From NCBI GenBank assembly GCA_963700065.1, contig CAVOWJ010000005.1:620953-684952 (forward strand): a stretch of 64,000 nucleotides of DNA. The letters are read 5' to 3'. The translations under genes were made by a program, and so were the position numbers. Positions 45,356 through 54,580 of the stretch are shown piece by piece. The stretch is from an uncultured Acidobacteriota bacterium (lineage in GTDB: Bacteria; Acidobacteriota; Vicinamibacteria; Vicinamibacterales; JAKQTR01). The first letter of the stretch is position 1. Every line of letters begins with the position of its first letter. The notes under the pieces are model-generated. The model was not told the DNA's origin. It ran no database searches and worked only from the letters and a program-made list of their open reading frames with translations.

Positions 45356-45535
45356 GTCGCTCTCCTGGAAACCACGCGCAATCACCACAACCGCAAGCCG
45401 GCCGCGCGCGTAGACGGCAGGCCCCGGAATGAAAGCGGAAGTCGAAGAATGCTAGCTCGCGCCCCCGCCAGTGTCAATCGCCCGAACCGGCGGGAACAGG
45501 CCGTTTTCAGGCGCTAAATGGTAAGATCCGACACG

Positions 45536-45883
45536 ATGTCAAGCCCGAAGATCGAGACGTTTCCCAACCCCCGCCCAGGGCGGGAGTACGAAATCGCCAT
45601 CTCCGCGCCCGAGTTCACCTCGGTCTGCCCGATCACCGGCCAGCCAGATTTCGGCGAGATCCGGATCACGTACGTTCCGGACGAGCTCTGTATCGAGTTG
45701 AAATCGCTCAAGTTGTACCTCTTCGGCTACCGCCAGCGCGGCGTGTTCTACGAGGCCGCCACCAACCAGATTCTCGACGACCTGGTCGAGGCCTGCCGCC
45801 CGGTGCGCATGACCGTCGTCGGCGACTTCACTCCGCGCGGCGGCATCCGCACGGCCGTCACCGCCACGTACGCGAAGCCATGA
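45536..45883 (+). CDS. queF: NADPH-dependent 7-cyano-7-deazaguanine reductase
   Basis: [37 protein letters not shown] is the unimodular QueF signature. Confidence 0.9.
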   Translation: MSSPKIETFPNPRPGREYEIAISAPEFTSVCPITGQPDFGEIRITYVPDELCIELKSLKLYLFGYRQRGVFYEAATNQILDDLVEACRPVRMTVVGDFTPRGGIRTAVTATYAKP

Positions 45884-46149
45884 GCGACGGCGAGCCGTTC
45901 GTGTTGCCTGTCGATGGCACGCTCGACCTGCACGCGTTCGAACCGCGCCATGCGACATCGGTGGTCGAGGAGTACGTCAACGAGGCGCACGCCCGCGGCC
46001 TGCCGGAGATCCGCATCGTGCACGGCCGCGGCGCCGGCGTGCTGCGCGGCATCGTTCAGGGCGCGCTCGAGAAGCACCCGCTCGTGGCCGCGTTCTGGGA
46101 CGAAGCCGAGTCCCACTTGGGAGCGACGGGGGCGCGGCTCGTGCCGTAG
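45880..46149 (+). CDS. Smr domain protein
   Basis: LDLHAFEP...[14 protein letters not shown] matches the Smr motif. ATGA overlap with queF. Confidence 0.75.
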   Translation: MSDGEPFVLPVDGTLDLHAFEPRHATSVVEEYVNEAHARGLPEIRIVHGRGAGVLRGIVQGALEKHPLVAAFWDEAESHLGATGARLVP

Positions 46150-46153
46150 TGGT

Positions 46154-46202
46154 GGGATTGGGGATTCGCGGCACGGGACTCGGGACTCGGGACTCGGGAC
46201 TC
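46154..46202. repeat. Heptamer array (GGGATTG, GGGATTC, then GGGACTC x4)
   Basis: gggattg gggattc gcggcac gggactc x4, followed by the hairpin gtcgaggc-ttca-gcctcgac (46220-46239). Confidence 0.85.
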
Positions 46203-46262
46203 GGCTGGTTCGGATGGAGGTCGAGGCTTCAGCCTCGACGGACAGGCGAGAGGACACGAGTC

Positions 46263-48848
46263 ATGCGACGCGGCAGAACGCCCTTCGGTGTCACGCTGAT
46301 CATCAGCCTCTTCGTCCTTCTGCCACTGCGCGCGGCCGCGCAGGTGCCGGCGCCGGAGTCGTTCTTCGGCTTCAGGATGGGCACCGACGGCCGGCTCGCC
46401 GACTGGCCGTCGATCACGAAGTACTTCGAGGCCGTGGCGGCCGCCTCGCCCCGCGTCGAACTGGTGGACATCGGCCCGACCACCGAGGGCCGCCGCATCA
46501 TCGGCGCCATCATCAGCTCGGCGGAGAACATCAAGAACCTCCCCGCGCTGCAGTCCTTCAACCGGCTGCTCGCCGACCCGCGGAGGCTGGCCGACGAAGG
46601 CGAGCGCTTGGCCGCGGTGAGCGCGGCGAGGGCGGTGGTCGCGATTGGCTGCAGCATCCACTCGAGCGAGATCGGCGCGACGCAGTCGGCCAGCGACCTG
46701 CTCTACGAGCTCGCCACCGCGGGCGACGCGCGCACGGCGGCCATTCTCGACCGCACCATCGTGATCCTCATGCCGTCGCTGAACCCGGACGGCCACGAGC
46801 TGGTGATCGACTGGCACCGGAAGATGCAGGGCACGCCGTTCGAAGGCGGCCAGATGCCGTGGTCGTACCACAAGTACGTGGGCCACGACATCAACCGCGA
46901 CGCGTTCATGCTGAACATGGCGGAGAACCGGACGCTGGCGCGGTTCCTCTCGCGCGAGTGGCACCCCCAGGTGTTCCTCTCCATGCACCAGATGGGCGCC
47001 AACGGCCCGCGGTTCTTCGTGCCACCCAACTACGATCCCATCGACACGAACCAGGACCCGCTCATCTGGCGCGAGGCGGCCCTGCTCGGCAGCGCGATGG
47101 CGCTGGAACTCGAGAGCCAGGGCAAGTCGGGCGTGGTCTCGAACGCGATGTACGACTACTACTGGCCGGGGTACGAGGACTCCGCGCCCCTCGGCCGCAA
47201 CACGGTGTGCCTGCTGACCGAGGTCGCGTCGGCGAAACTCGCGAGCCCGATCGAGGTGGCCGCCAAGGATCTGCGCGGCGCGACGCGCGGCCTCCCGCAG
47301 TACGCGCCGCAGATCAACTTCCCCAACCCCTGGCCGGGCGGCACCTGGCGCCTCGGCGACATCGTCGACTACAACCTCACGGCCGTGCGCGGACTGCTGC
47401 AGGCTGCCTCGCGCTACCGCGACGAGCTGGTGTCGAACGTCGTGGCGATGGGTCAACGGTCGGTCGAGCGCGGCGCGAAGGAAGGGCCCTACGCGTTCGC
47501 GATCCCGCCCGACCAGCACGACCCGGCCGCCGCGAACACGCTGATCAACCTGCTCGCCGAGGGCGGCGTCGACGTGCAGCAGGTGTCCGAGCCGTTCAAG
47601 CTGGGAGACACCGTCTACCCGGTCGGCACGGCGTTCGTGATGATGGCGCAGCCGTTCCGCGCGTACGCGAAGAGCCTGCTGGAGGTGCAGAAGTACCCCG
47701 CGCGGAAGCTGGCCGGGTCGGCGGCGCCGGAGCGGCCGTACGACGTGGCCGGCTGGACGCTGCCGCTCCAGATGGGGGTGCGCGTCGAGCGCATCGAGGC
47801 CGCGTTCGAGGCGCCGCTCATGTCGCGGATCGATCGCGTGGCGACGTCGCCGGTGTGGCCGCTCGGGTATCCGAAGCCGGACTACTACCTGGTGGACGCC
47901 CGTGGAACGGCCGGTGCCCTCGCCGCGAACCGCCTGCTCGCCGCGGGGCTGAACGTCGAGTGGGCGAGCGGCATGGTCACGCAGGACGGCGCCACCTACC
48001 GGCCCGGCACGCTGCTTGTCCGGCCGGTCGGCGAGGCCAAGCCGGTTGTCGAGCGCCTCGCCCGCGAACTGGGGGTGCGCGTGTTCGGCGCGCGCGGCCG
48101 GCGGCCGCCGTCACGCCAGATCGTCGGGGCGAGGGTCGCGCTCTACCGGCCGTGGGGCGACGCGATCGACGAGGGCTGGACGCGCTGGCTCCTCGAGCGG
48201 TACGAATTCCCGTTCAAGAGCCTGCGGGATGCCGAGGCGCGCGCGGGAAACCTCCGAGCCGCCTACGACGTGATCGTGCTGCCCGCCGTCGGGGCACAGC
48301 GGCTCATCGACGGCAGCCGCGCCGGGTCGCTGCCGGACGAGTACATCGGAGGCCTCGGCGACGCGGGCGTTGCCGCGCTGAAGGCGTTCGTAGCGGCGGG
48401 CGGCACGCTGGTGTGCCTCGACGGCTCCGGGCAACTGGCGATCGACGCGCTCAAGCTGCCCGTCAAGAACGTCGCCGCGGGCCTTCCTGCCGAGCAGTTC
48501 TTCTGCCCCGGCTCGATCGTCAGGCTGGAAGTCGACGGCTTCCAGCCACTCGGGTTCGGCATGCTGACCGACAACGCCGCGTTCTTCTCGTTCAGCTCGG
48601 CCTACGACGTGACGCCGGGCCCGGGCCTGCGGGTGATCGCCCGCTACGGCGAGCAGAGCGTCCTTCTGAGCGGGTGGCTCGAAGGCGAGCAGGTGATCGC
48701 GGGCAAGGCGGCTGTTGTCGAGGCCTCGGCCGGCGCGGGCCGCGTGATCCTGATCGGCTTCCGCGCGCAGCACCGCGGCCAGTCGATGGCGACGTTCAGG
48801 CTGCTGTTCAACGCGATCCTGACCGGGGGAACCCCAACGCCGCAGTGA
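46263..48848 (+). CDS. Secreted M14-family metallocarboxypeptidase-like protein
   Basis: Signal peptide MRRGRTPFGVTLIISLFVLLPLRAAAQ. HSSE zinc motif (IGCSIHSSEIG). Later HQMG. Confidence 0.75.
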   Translation: MRRGRTPFGVTLIISLFVLLPLRAAAQVPAPESFFGFRMGTDGRLADWPSITKYFEAVAAASPRVELVDIGPTTEGRRIIGAIISSAENIKNLPALQSFNRLLADPRRLADEGERLAAVSAARAVVAIGCSIHSSEIGATQSASDLLYELATAGDARTAAILDRTIVILMPSLNPDGHELVIDWHRKMQGTPFEGGQMPWSYHKYVGHDINRDAFMLNMAENRTLARFLSREWHPQVFLSMHQMGANGPRFFVPPNYDPIDTNQDPLIWREAALLGSAMALELESQGKSGVVSNAMYDYYWPGYEDSAPLGRNTVCLLTEVASAKLASPIEVAAKDLRGATRGLPQYAPQINFPNPWPGGTWRLGDIVDYNLTAVRGLLQAASRYRDELVSNVVAMGQRSVERGAKEGPYAFAIPPDQHDPAAANTLINLLAEGGVDVQQVSEPFKLGDTVYPVGTAFVMMAQPFRAYAKSLLEVQKYPARKLAGSAAPERPYDVAGWTLPLQMGVRVERIEAAFEAPLMSRIDRVATSPVWPLGYPKPDYYLVDARGTAGALAANRLLAAGLNVEWASGMVTQDGATYRPGTLLVRPVGEAKPVVERLARELGVRVFGARGRRPPSRQIVGARVALYRPWGDAIDEGWTRWLLERYEFPFKSLRDAEARAGNLRAAYDVIVLPAVGAQRLIDGSRAGSLPDEYIGGLGDAGVAALKAFVAAGGTLVCLDGSGQLAIDALKLPVKNVAAGLPAEQFFCPGSIVRLEVDGFQPLGFGMLTDNAAFFSFSSAYDVTPGPGLRVIARYGEQSVLLSGWLEGEQVIAGKAAVVEASAGAGRVILIGFRAQHRGQSMATFRLLFNAILTGGTPTPQ

Positions 48849-50496
48849 ATGCGTCCTCGTAGCCGGGAGCGCCGGCGAGTTCGACGTACTCGCATCGGGC
48901 CGCCGCCTCGGCCGCCCGCCGGCGAGCCTGGCCGTCCACCAGCATGAGCCTGGCCCCCGCACCGGCCGCATCGCCGACGAATCTGATCCGTTCGGGATCG
49001 ATGGGCGGCAGCAGGCCGATGGCCGCCAGCGATTCCTTGCGAAGGAAGGTGCCGAACGTGCCGGCCACGAGCACTTCCGCGACGCGGCCGGCATCCACGC
49101 CGAGCCGCCGCATGAGCAGAGAGAGACCTGCGGCAATGGAACCCTTGGCCAGCTGCAGCTGCCTGATGTCGGTGGCCGTGACCGCCACGCTGCCGTCTAT
49201 CCGGACCGCGCGCTGTCCGGACGGCACGCGCACGAGCCGCTCGACGAGCGCACCGGGGACGCCCTGCGAAAGGCACTCATCGGCGCTCCGCAGGTAGCCG
49301 GACGGCGCGATCACGCCGGCCCGCAGGAGCCCGGCTGCCGCGTCCACGAGCCCGCTGCCGCACAGGCCCACGGCGGGCGCGCCGTCAATCGTTGACGATG
49401 ACAGATGGCCGTCCGCCCTGATGGCCACGGCGTCGACGGCCCCTGGCGCGGCGCGCATGCCGCACGAGATGTTCACGCCGTCGAACGCCGGCCCGGCGGC
49501 CGTCGATGCGGCCACGAGCCGGTCCGCTCCGCCGATGGCGATCTCCGCGTTGGTGCCGAGATCGATCAGCACGCGCCAGCCGTCAAGCCGATCGAGGTCG
49601 CAGGCAATGATGCCGGCCACGGTGTCGCCGCCGACGTGACTGCGGACCATGGGGCCGAAACGCACCCGGGCGCCGGGGTTCACGGGCCACCGGAGCGCCG
49701 ACGCCGATACCTCCTGCTCGCCCGTGAACAGGCCGAGGTACGGCGCGACGCCGAGCGGCGAGACATCCGCTCCCAGCGCGGCGTGCGTCATCGTCGCATT
49801 GCCCACGCACGTCACCGCCAGCACCTCGCCGGCCGGCGCGCCGGCCAGCGCCGTCAACTCCCGGATGAGGCCGGCCACGCCTCCATCGATCGCGTCGTGA
49901 AGCAGCGCGTTGCCGTCGGCGCGCTCGCGCGCGAACTGAATGCGCGACATGATGTCCGCGCCGTAACGCGCCTGCGGATTGAGGCCCGACAGGGCGTGCA
50001 GGACGCGGCCATCCCGGAGGTCGACCAGCGCCGCGGCCAGCGTGGTGGTGCCAAGGTCCACCGCCACGCCGTACGGCACGCCGCCGGGAGGCAGCGGCGA
50101 CGCGGGAACCTGCGGCTCGCCGAGGGCTGCTGGAAGGCGGTCGGGGCCGAACGATTTGGGCCTCGCGGCCCGGTCCCGCGCCGGCACCTCAATCTCGCAC
50201 GGCCCCGTCAGCAGCAGGCGGCACCCGAGCCTCCAGCCGGCGGCAAGCTCGGCGGCCGGGATCACGAGCCGGTCGTCGGCCGTCGGCGGGATGTCGCCGT
50301 TGCTCACCCGGACGCGGCACCTCCCGCAATCTCCGGTGCCTCCGCACGGGTGTTCCAGCCAGATGTCGCAACGCGCCGCCGCCAGCGACAGTTCGAGCGA
50401 CTCGGCGAGCTCCACCGCCCGGTTGTCCGGCAGGAACCTGATGCGGAATCCCACGATGCTGGCACCCCCCGTGGTCGGCCCATCATATGCTCGCAT
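48808..50496 (-). CDS. [2Fe-2S] ferredoxin-like domain plus ASKHA (DUF4445) ATPase; RACo-like
   Basis: CGGTGDCGRCRV cluster motif. ASKHA phosphate loops VAVDLGTTT and LIDLGTNAE. The start could be the GTG at 50454. The 3' end overlaps the M14 gene convergently by 41 nt. Confidence 0.7.
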   Translation of the reverse strand: MRAYDGPTTGGASIVGFRIRFLPDNRAVELAESLELSLAAARCDIWLEHPCGGTGDCGRCRVRVSNGDIPPTADDRLVIPAAELAAGWRLGCRLLLTGPCEIEVPARDRAARPKSFGPDRLPAALGEPQVPASPLPPGGVPYGVAVDLGTTTLAAALVDLRDGRVLHALSGLNPQARYGADIMSRIQFARERADGNALLHDAIDGGVAGLIRELTALAGAPAGEVLAVTCVGNATMTHAALGADVSPLGVAPYLGLFTGEQEVSASALRWPVNPGARVRFGPMVRSHVGGDTVAGIIACDLDRLDGWRVLIDLGTNAEIAIGGADRLVAASTAAGPAFDGVNISCGMRAAPGAVDAVAIRADGHLSSSTIDGAPAVGLCGSGLVDAAAGLLRAGVIAPSGYLRSADECLSQGVPGALVERLVRVPSGQRAVRIDGSVAVTATDIRQLQLAKGSIAAGLSLLMRRLGVDAGRVAEVLVAGTFGTFLRKESLAAIGLLPPIDPERIRFVGDAAGAGARLMLVDGQARRRAAEAAARCEYVELAGAPGYEDAFTAALGFPRSGSR

Positions 50497-50541
50497 TCTC
50501 CCCCGCTAACCAATCCGCCCGCCCTTCGTCTAATCATCTGG

Positions 50542-51120
50542 ATGGAGGCCAGCGACCTGGCAGTCGTCGCCCGGGTGAAGGCCGGCGACCACGATGCCTT
50601 CAGGCACCTCGTGGAGCGCCACAGCCGGGGTGTCTTCCGGCTGGCCTACCGCCTGACGGGCCACGAGCAGGACGCGGAAGACGTGGTGCAGGAGGCGTTT
50701 CTGCGGGCATTCCGCCAGATCCGGCGCTTCGAGGCGCGGTCGTCGTTCGCCACCTGGCTCTACCGGATCACCGTGAACTGCTCGCACGACCTGCTCCGTC
50801 AACGCCCGCGGGCCGGCACCCGCCCGTCACTCGACGACCCGGAGCTTGGCCGGGCAGCCGACCTGGCGGACGGATCGGCGTCGGCCGACCCGCTCCGTGA
50901 GCTGGCCTGCCGGCGGATCGACGAGCGCGTCCGGTCGGCGATGCGCGAGTTGAGCGACCAGGAGCGGTCGGCCTTCGTGATGAGGCATTTCGAGGGCCTG
51001 TCGATTGACGAGATCGGGCGGGCGCTGGATCTGAAGACGAGCGCGGCCAAGCACAGCATCTTCCGCGCCGTGCAGAAACTCCGCCGCGCCCTCGACCCGG
51101 TTGCGGAGCTGTCGCGATGA
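50542..51120 (+). CDS. ECF-type RNA polymerase sigma factor
   Basis: DAEDVVQEAFLRAFRQIRRFEARSSFATWLYRITVN (region 2). LSDQERSAFVMRHFEGLSIDEIGRALDLKTSAAKHSIFRA (region 4). Confidence 0.85.
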   Translation: MEASDLAVVARVKAGDHDAFRHLVERHSRGVFRLAYRLTGHEQDAEDVVQEAFLRAFRQIRRFEARSSFATWLYRITVNCSHDLLRQRPRAGTRPSLDDPELGRAADLADGSASADPLRELACRRIDERVRSAMRELSDQERSAFVMRHFEGLSIDEIGRALDLKTSAAKHSIFRAVQKLRRALDPVAELSR

Positions 51121-51905
51121 CGCACCTCTCCGACGATGAGCTCGTGTTGACCTATTACCGCGAAGGCGGCGGCCCGGCAGAAGCCGGGGCACACCTCGAG
51201 TCGTGCGCCGCCTGCCGGGAGCGGTTCGAGAATCTGGCCATGGCGTTGCGCACCGTCGAGTCGGCGCCGGTTCCTGAACGCGGCGAGTCCTACGGCGCCG
51301 AGGTCTGGGCGCGGCTGCAGCCGCTCCTCGAGGACGAAGTGCGCCGGCGCCGGTGGTGGCATCCGGTCTCGGCGGCCATCACGTGGCCCCGGCTGGCGAT
51401 GGGAGGGGCCGTCGCGGCGCTGCTCGTCGCCGCCTTCCTCGCCGGGCGAGCCTCGATTGAGCCGGTGCAAGACTCGGCCGCGCAGCAGACGCGGGCGTCG
51501 GCAGACGAGGCGCGCGAGCGCGTGCTGCTCGCGGCTGTCGGCAGCCACCTGGATCGCTCGCGCGTGATGCTCACGGAAATCGCCCACCGCAACGGCGGCG
51601 GCGCGGCCGACATCTCGGGCGAGCGGGCCACAGCCGGCGACCTGGTCGCGGACAACCGCCTCTACCGGCAGGCCGCGGTTCGCAACGGCGACGCCGCCGT
51701 CGCGGCGGTCCTCGATGACCTCGAGCGCGTGCTCGTGGACATCGCCGGCAGCCCGGCACGCGCCTCGCACGACGACCTGGCGCGGTGGCGCGATCAGATC
51801 GACGCGAAGGGACTCCTGTTCAAGGTCACCGTCATGGGCGCGCGGGTGCAGGAACGCCTGCAGGGCGCATCCGGCTCCCGGCCCGCGGCGAAGACCTCAA
51901 CCTGA
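51117..51905 (+). CDS. Anti-sigma factor (putative zinc-finger type, single TM)
   Basis: ATGA overlap with the sigma gene. HLESCAACRERF. TM helix RLAMGGAVAALLVAAFLAG. Confidence 0.6.
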   Translation: MTHLSDDELVLTYYREGGGPAEAGAHLESCAACRERFENLAMALRTVESAPVPERGESYGAEVWARLQPLLEDEVRRRRWWHPVSAAITWPRLAMGGAVAALLVAAFLAGRASIEPVQDSAAQQTRASADEARERVLLAAVGSHLDRSRVMLTEIAHRNGGGAADISGERATAGDLVADNRLYRQAAVRNGDAAVAAVLDDLERVLVDIAGSPARASHDDLARWRDQIDAKGLLFKVTVMGARVQERLQGASGSRPAAKTST

Positions 51906-53026
51906 TGGAACCAGCCATGAAGACCACCACTCGCATCGCATGCACGCTGGCCGCATTCGCCATGATCGGCGCCGCGGCCTTCGCCCAGGGGGTGTCCACG
52001 CAGACGGCCATCTCGACGACGACGTCTACACAGGCGACGTCGCCGCAGACTGCCGAGCAGCGCGAGAAGGCGCGGCTGGAAGCCGAGGCGGCAAGGAATG
52101 CCGCTGCCGCGCAGGCCACCGCCGACCAGGCCCGCAAGGACATCGAGCGGGCGCAGAAGCTGGTCGAACAGGCGCAGAAGCAGGCGCAGACGCAGGGCCA
52201 GCAGGAAGCGAGCAAGGAAGTCGCCAAGGAAGTCGCCAAGGTCCAGGAGGCGCTGAAGGAAGCGCAGCGCGAGCTGGAGCTCTATGCGAAGGGCACCGCC
52301 GCCCTCGACACGGCGCGCTACGAGAAGGCCCTCGAGGCCTTTGCCGAGGCCGCCGCGCTCAAGGGTGAGAAGGGCGACAGCGCGCTCTATTGGAAGGCGT
52401 TCTCCGAGTACAAGGTGGAGGCGCTGCAGGCCGCGCTCGAGTCGCTGAAGCAGATTCAGAAGAACTTCCCCGACAGTCGCTGGCTCGAGCAGGCCCTGGC
52501 CCTCGAGTTCGAGGTGAAGGCCTCCATGGGCAAGCCCGTGCTGCCGGCCGCCACGCCCGACGAGGAACTGAAGCTGCTGGCGCTCAACAGCCTGATGCAC
52601 ACCGACGCCGAGCAGGCGCTGCCCATGCTAGAGAAGATGATCAGCGGCCAGCAGTCGCCGCGCATCAAGCAGCGCGCCCTCTTCGTCGTCAGCCAGAGCA
52701 AGTCGCCGCGGGCGAAGGAGATTCTTTCGACGGTCGCGAAGAGCTCGTCCGACGCGGACCTGCAGCTGCAGGCACTCAAGTACCTCCAGATGCTCGGAGG
52801 GCCCGAGGACAAGAAGGTCCTCTCCGACGTCTATGCGGTGTCGAAGGACCGCGACGTGAAGCTGCGCGTCATCGAGGCCCTCTACAGCCAGGGCGACGCG
52901 AAGACGCTGGTCGACATGGCGCGCAAGGAAACCGACGTCGACATGCGCAAGCGCATCGTCGAGCGCCTCAGCCGCATGAAGGCGAAAGAGGCGACCGATT
53001 ACATGTTGGAGTTGATCAACAAGTAG
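51905..53026 (+). CDS. Secreted coiled-coil plus HEAT-repeat protein
   Basis: Its start overlaps the upstream stop. Signal peptide MKTTTRIACTLAAFAMIGAAAFAQG. The C-terminal half has HEAT-like repeats (ALPMLEKMISG..SPRIKQRALFVVSQ...). Confidence 0.6.
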   Translation: MEPAMKTTTRIACTLAAFAMIGAAAFAQGVSTQTAISTTTSTQATSPQTAEQREKARLEAEAARNAAAAQATADQARKDIERAQKLVEQAQKQAQTQGQQEASKEVAKEVAKVQEALKEAQRELELYAKGTAALDTARYEKALEAFAEAAALKGEKGDSALYWKAFSEYKVEALQAALESLKQIQKNFPDSRWLEQALALEFEVKASMGKPVLPAATPDEELKLLALNSLMHTDAEQALPMLEKMISGQQSPRIKQRALFVVSQSKSPRAKEILSTVAKSSSDADLQLQALKYLQMLGGPEDKKVLSDVYAVSKDRDVKLRVIEALYSQGDAKTLVDMARKETDVDMRKRIVERLSRMKAKEATDYMLELINK

Positions 53027-53032
53027 TCAGGG

Positions 53033-54482
53033 GCTAGTACGACTTTGTTGAATCACGTCGCGGATTTCCGAGGGAATTCGCACGCGGCGAAGTGATCACT
53101 ATTGAGGACATGTACTTTTCGATCGTGGTTTGGTACGCTGCCTCGCGATGGCGGCGGTGGACTCGCCCGCGTGGCTTGCGCGTCTGACGACGTGGCTCGA
53201 GGAGTTCGAGCCGGTCTTCGGGCACCGCGCGCAACGCGGTGGTCTGCGTCGCTACGTCGAAGGGGTCTTGTGCGACAGTCGCCGCAAGTCGATGGCGGCG
53301 ATGTGGGCGCGGTTGCGCGATCCGGGCACCTATCAGGGCCTGCAGTACTTCATCACCGAGGCGACGTGGCCGGCCGACGCCTTGTGGCGGCACCTGCGTG
53401 CCACGATCCCCGCGCGATCGGGGGTGCTGGTACTCGACGGCACCGGCTTTCCCAAGCAGGGGACCGCGTCGGTCGGCGTGCAACGCCAGTACCTCGGGCA
53501 CGCTGGGCAAGATCGGCAATTGCCAAGTGGCCGTCACGGCGGCGCTGTGGACGGGCGTGCAGGCGTGGCTGGTCGGCGCGCAGCTGTATCTGCCGGAGGG
53601 GTGGCTCACGCCGGCGCAGCGGGACCGTGGTCGGATTCCGGCGCGCGTCCGTTTCCAGGAGAAGTGGCGCCAGGCGCTGACGCTGCTGCAGCAGGTCCGG
53701 GCCTCGGGGATCGCCGTGACCGCGGTCGCCGCCGATGCCGAATTCGGCGATTGCACGGCGTTTCGGCACGCGTTGCACCAACTCCGGCTCGCGTACGCCG
53801 TGGGCATCTCGTCGACCCTGACGGTCTTCCTCGGCATCCCCGCGCTTACACCAGGATCCCGGCGCAGTGGCCCCCGCGGCGGCCGCCCGGTGATCCGTCC
53901 GCGTCTGCCGGTGGACGTGCGCCCACAGGCGGTTCGCGCGGTGGCCGCGGCCGCGCCCGCCCGCGCGTGGCGGGTGATCCGCTGGCGCAATGGCACGCAC
54001 CGGCCGTGGTGCGCCCGCTTCTGGCGGTGCCGCGTGACGCCCGCGCACGACTGGCGCCGTCACCGTCTTGCGCCGGACGTGTGGCTCTTGTGCCAACGCG
54101 ACGTCGACGGCACGGGCGACATCAAGTACTTCCTGGTGAATCTGCCGGCGACGGCCTCGTGGCAGGCGGTGGTGCACCTCGCGCATCAGCGCTGGGCCAT
54201 CGAGCAGCAGTACGCCGAGCTGAAGTCCGAACTCGGCCTCGACGACTTTGTCGGCCGGTCGTTTCCGGGGTGGAACCGCCACGTGGCCCTCACAGCCGTG
54301 GCCTACGCCTTCTTGCAGGTCGAGCGACAACGCCATGGCACGTCCCGGCTGACCTTTCCACGGGCGCGCGCGGTGATGACCGATATCCTGACCGCCTACT
54401 ACTTCGTGACGCATCAGCGCAAACTCAAGATGCTGTTAAAACTGGCGGAAATCCCGCTCAGAATCTAACAAAGTCGTACTAG
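53033..54482 (+). mobile_element. IS701-family insertion sequence (1.44 kb) flanked by CTAG
   Basis: TACGACTTTGTT (53037-53048) and its reverse complement AACAAAGTCGTA (54467-54478). CTAG at 53033-53036 and 54479-54482. It is inserted in the left arm of a CTAG-type heptamer hairpin element. Confidence 0.8.
53148..54468 (+). pseudogene. IS701-family DDE transposase with its frame broken by one extra base near 53492-53498
   Basis: The N-terminus MAAVDSPAWLARLTTWLEEF...GVQRQY is in one frame. GTLGKIGNCQVAVTAALW...QRWAIEQQYAELKSELGLDDF is in the +1 frame. Length is 1321 nt = 3n+1. Confidence 0.8.
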
Positions 54483-54580
54483 GGACTAGGCGCTAGGGGC
54501 TAGTCAGTCTCGCAGTTGAACTGCCACCCACGCGGCGACAGCCGCGTCGGACGAGCGCCTAGCGCCCAGCCCCTAGCCCC
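54483..54580. repeat. Hairpin element with CTAG-type heptamer arms; its left arm continues at 53027-53036 before the IS
   Basis: Left ggactaggcgctaggggctagtcag and right cgcctagcgcccagcccctagcccc. The loop shares ccacgcggcgacagccgcgtcgga with the loop of the 1549-1653 element. Confidence 0.75.

Noticed and set aside
45389-45535. A possible preQ1 riboswitch upstream of queF.
   Set aside because: I could not find the preQ1-I or preQ1-II hallmarks (a short hairpin followed by an A-rich tail with a CUA/ACUA core). queF is also not a typical preQ1-riboswitch target. An Rfam scan would settle it.
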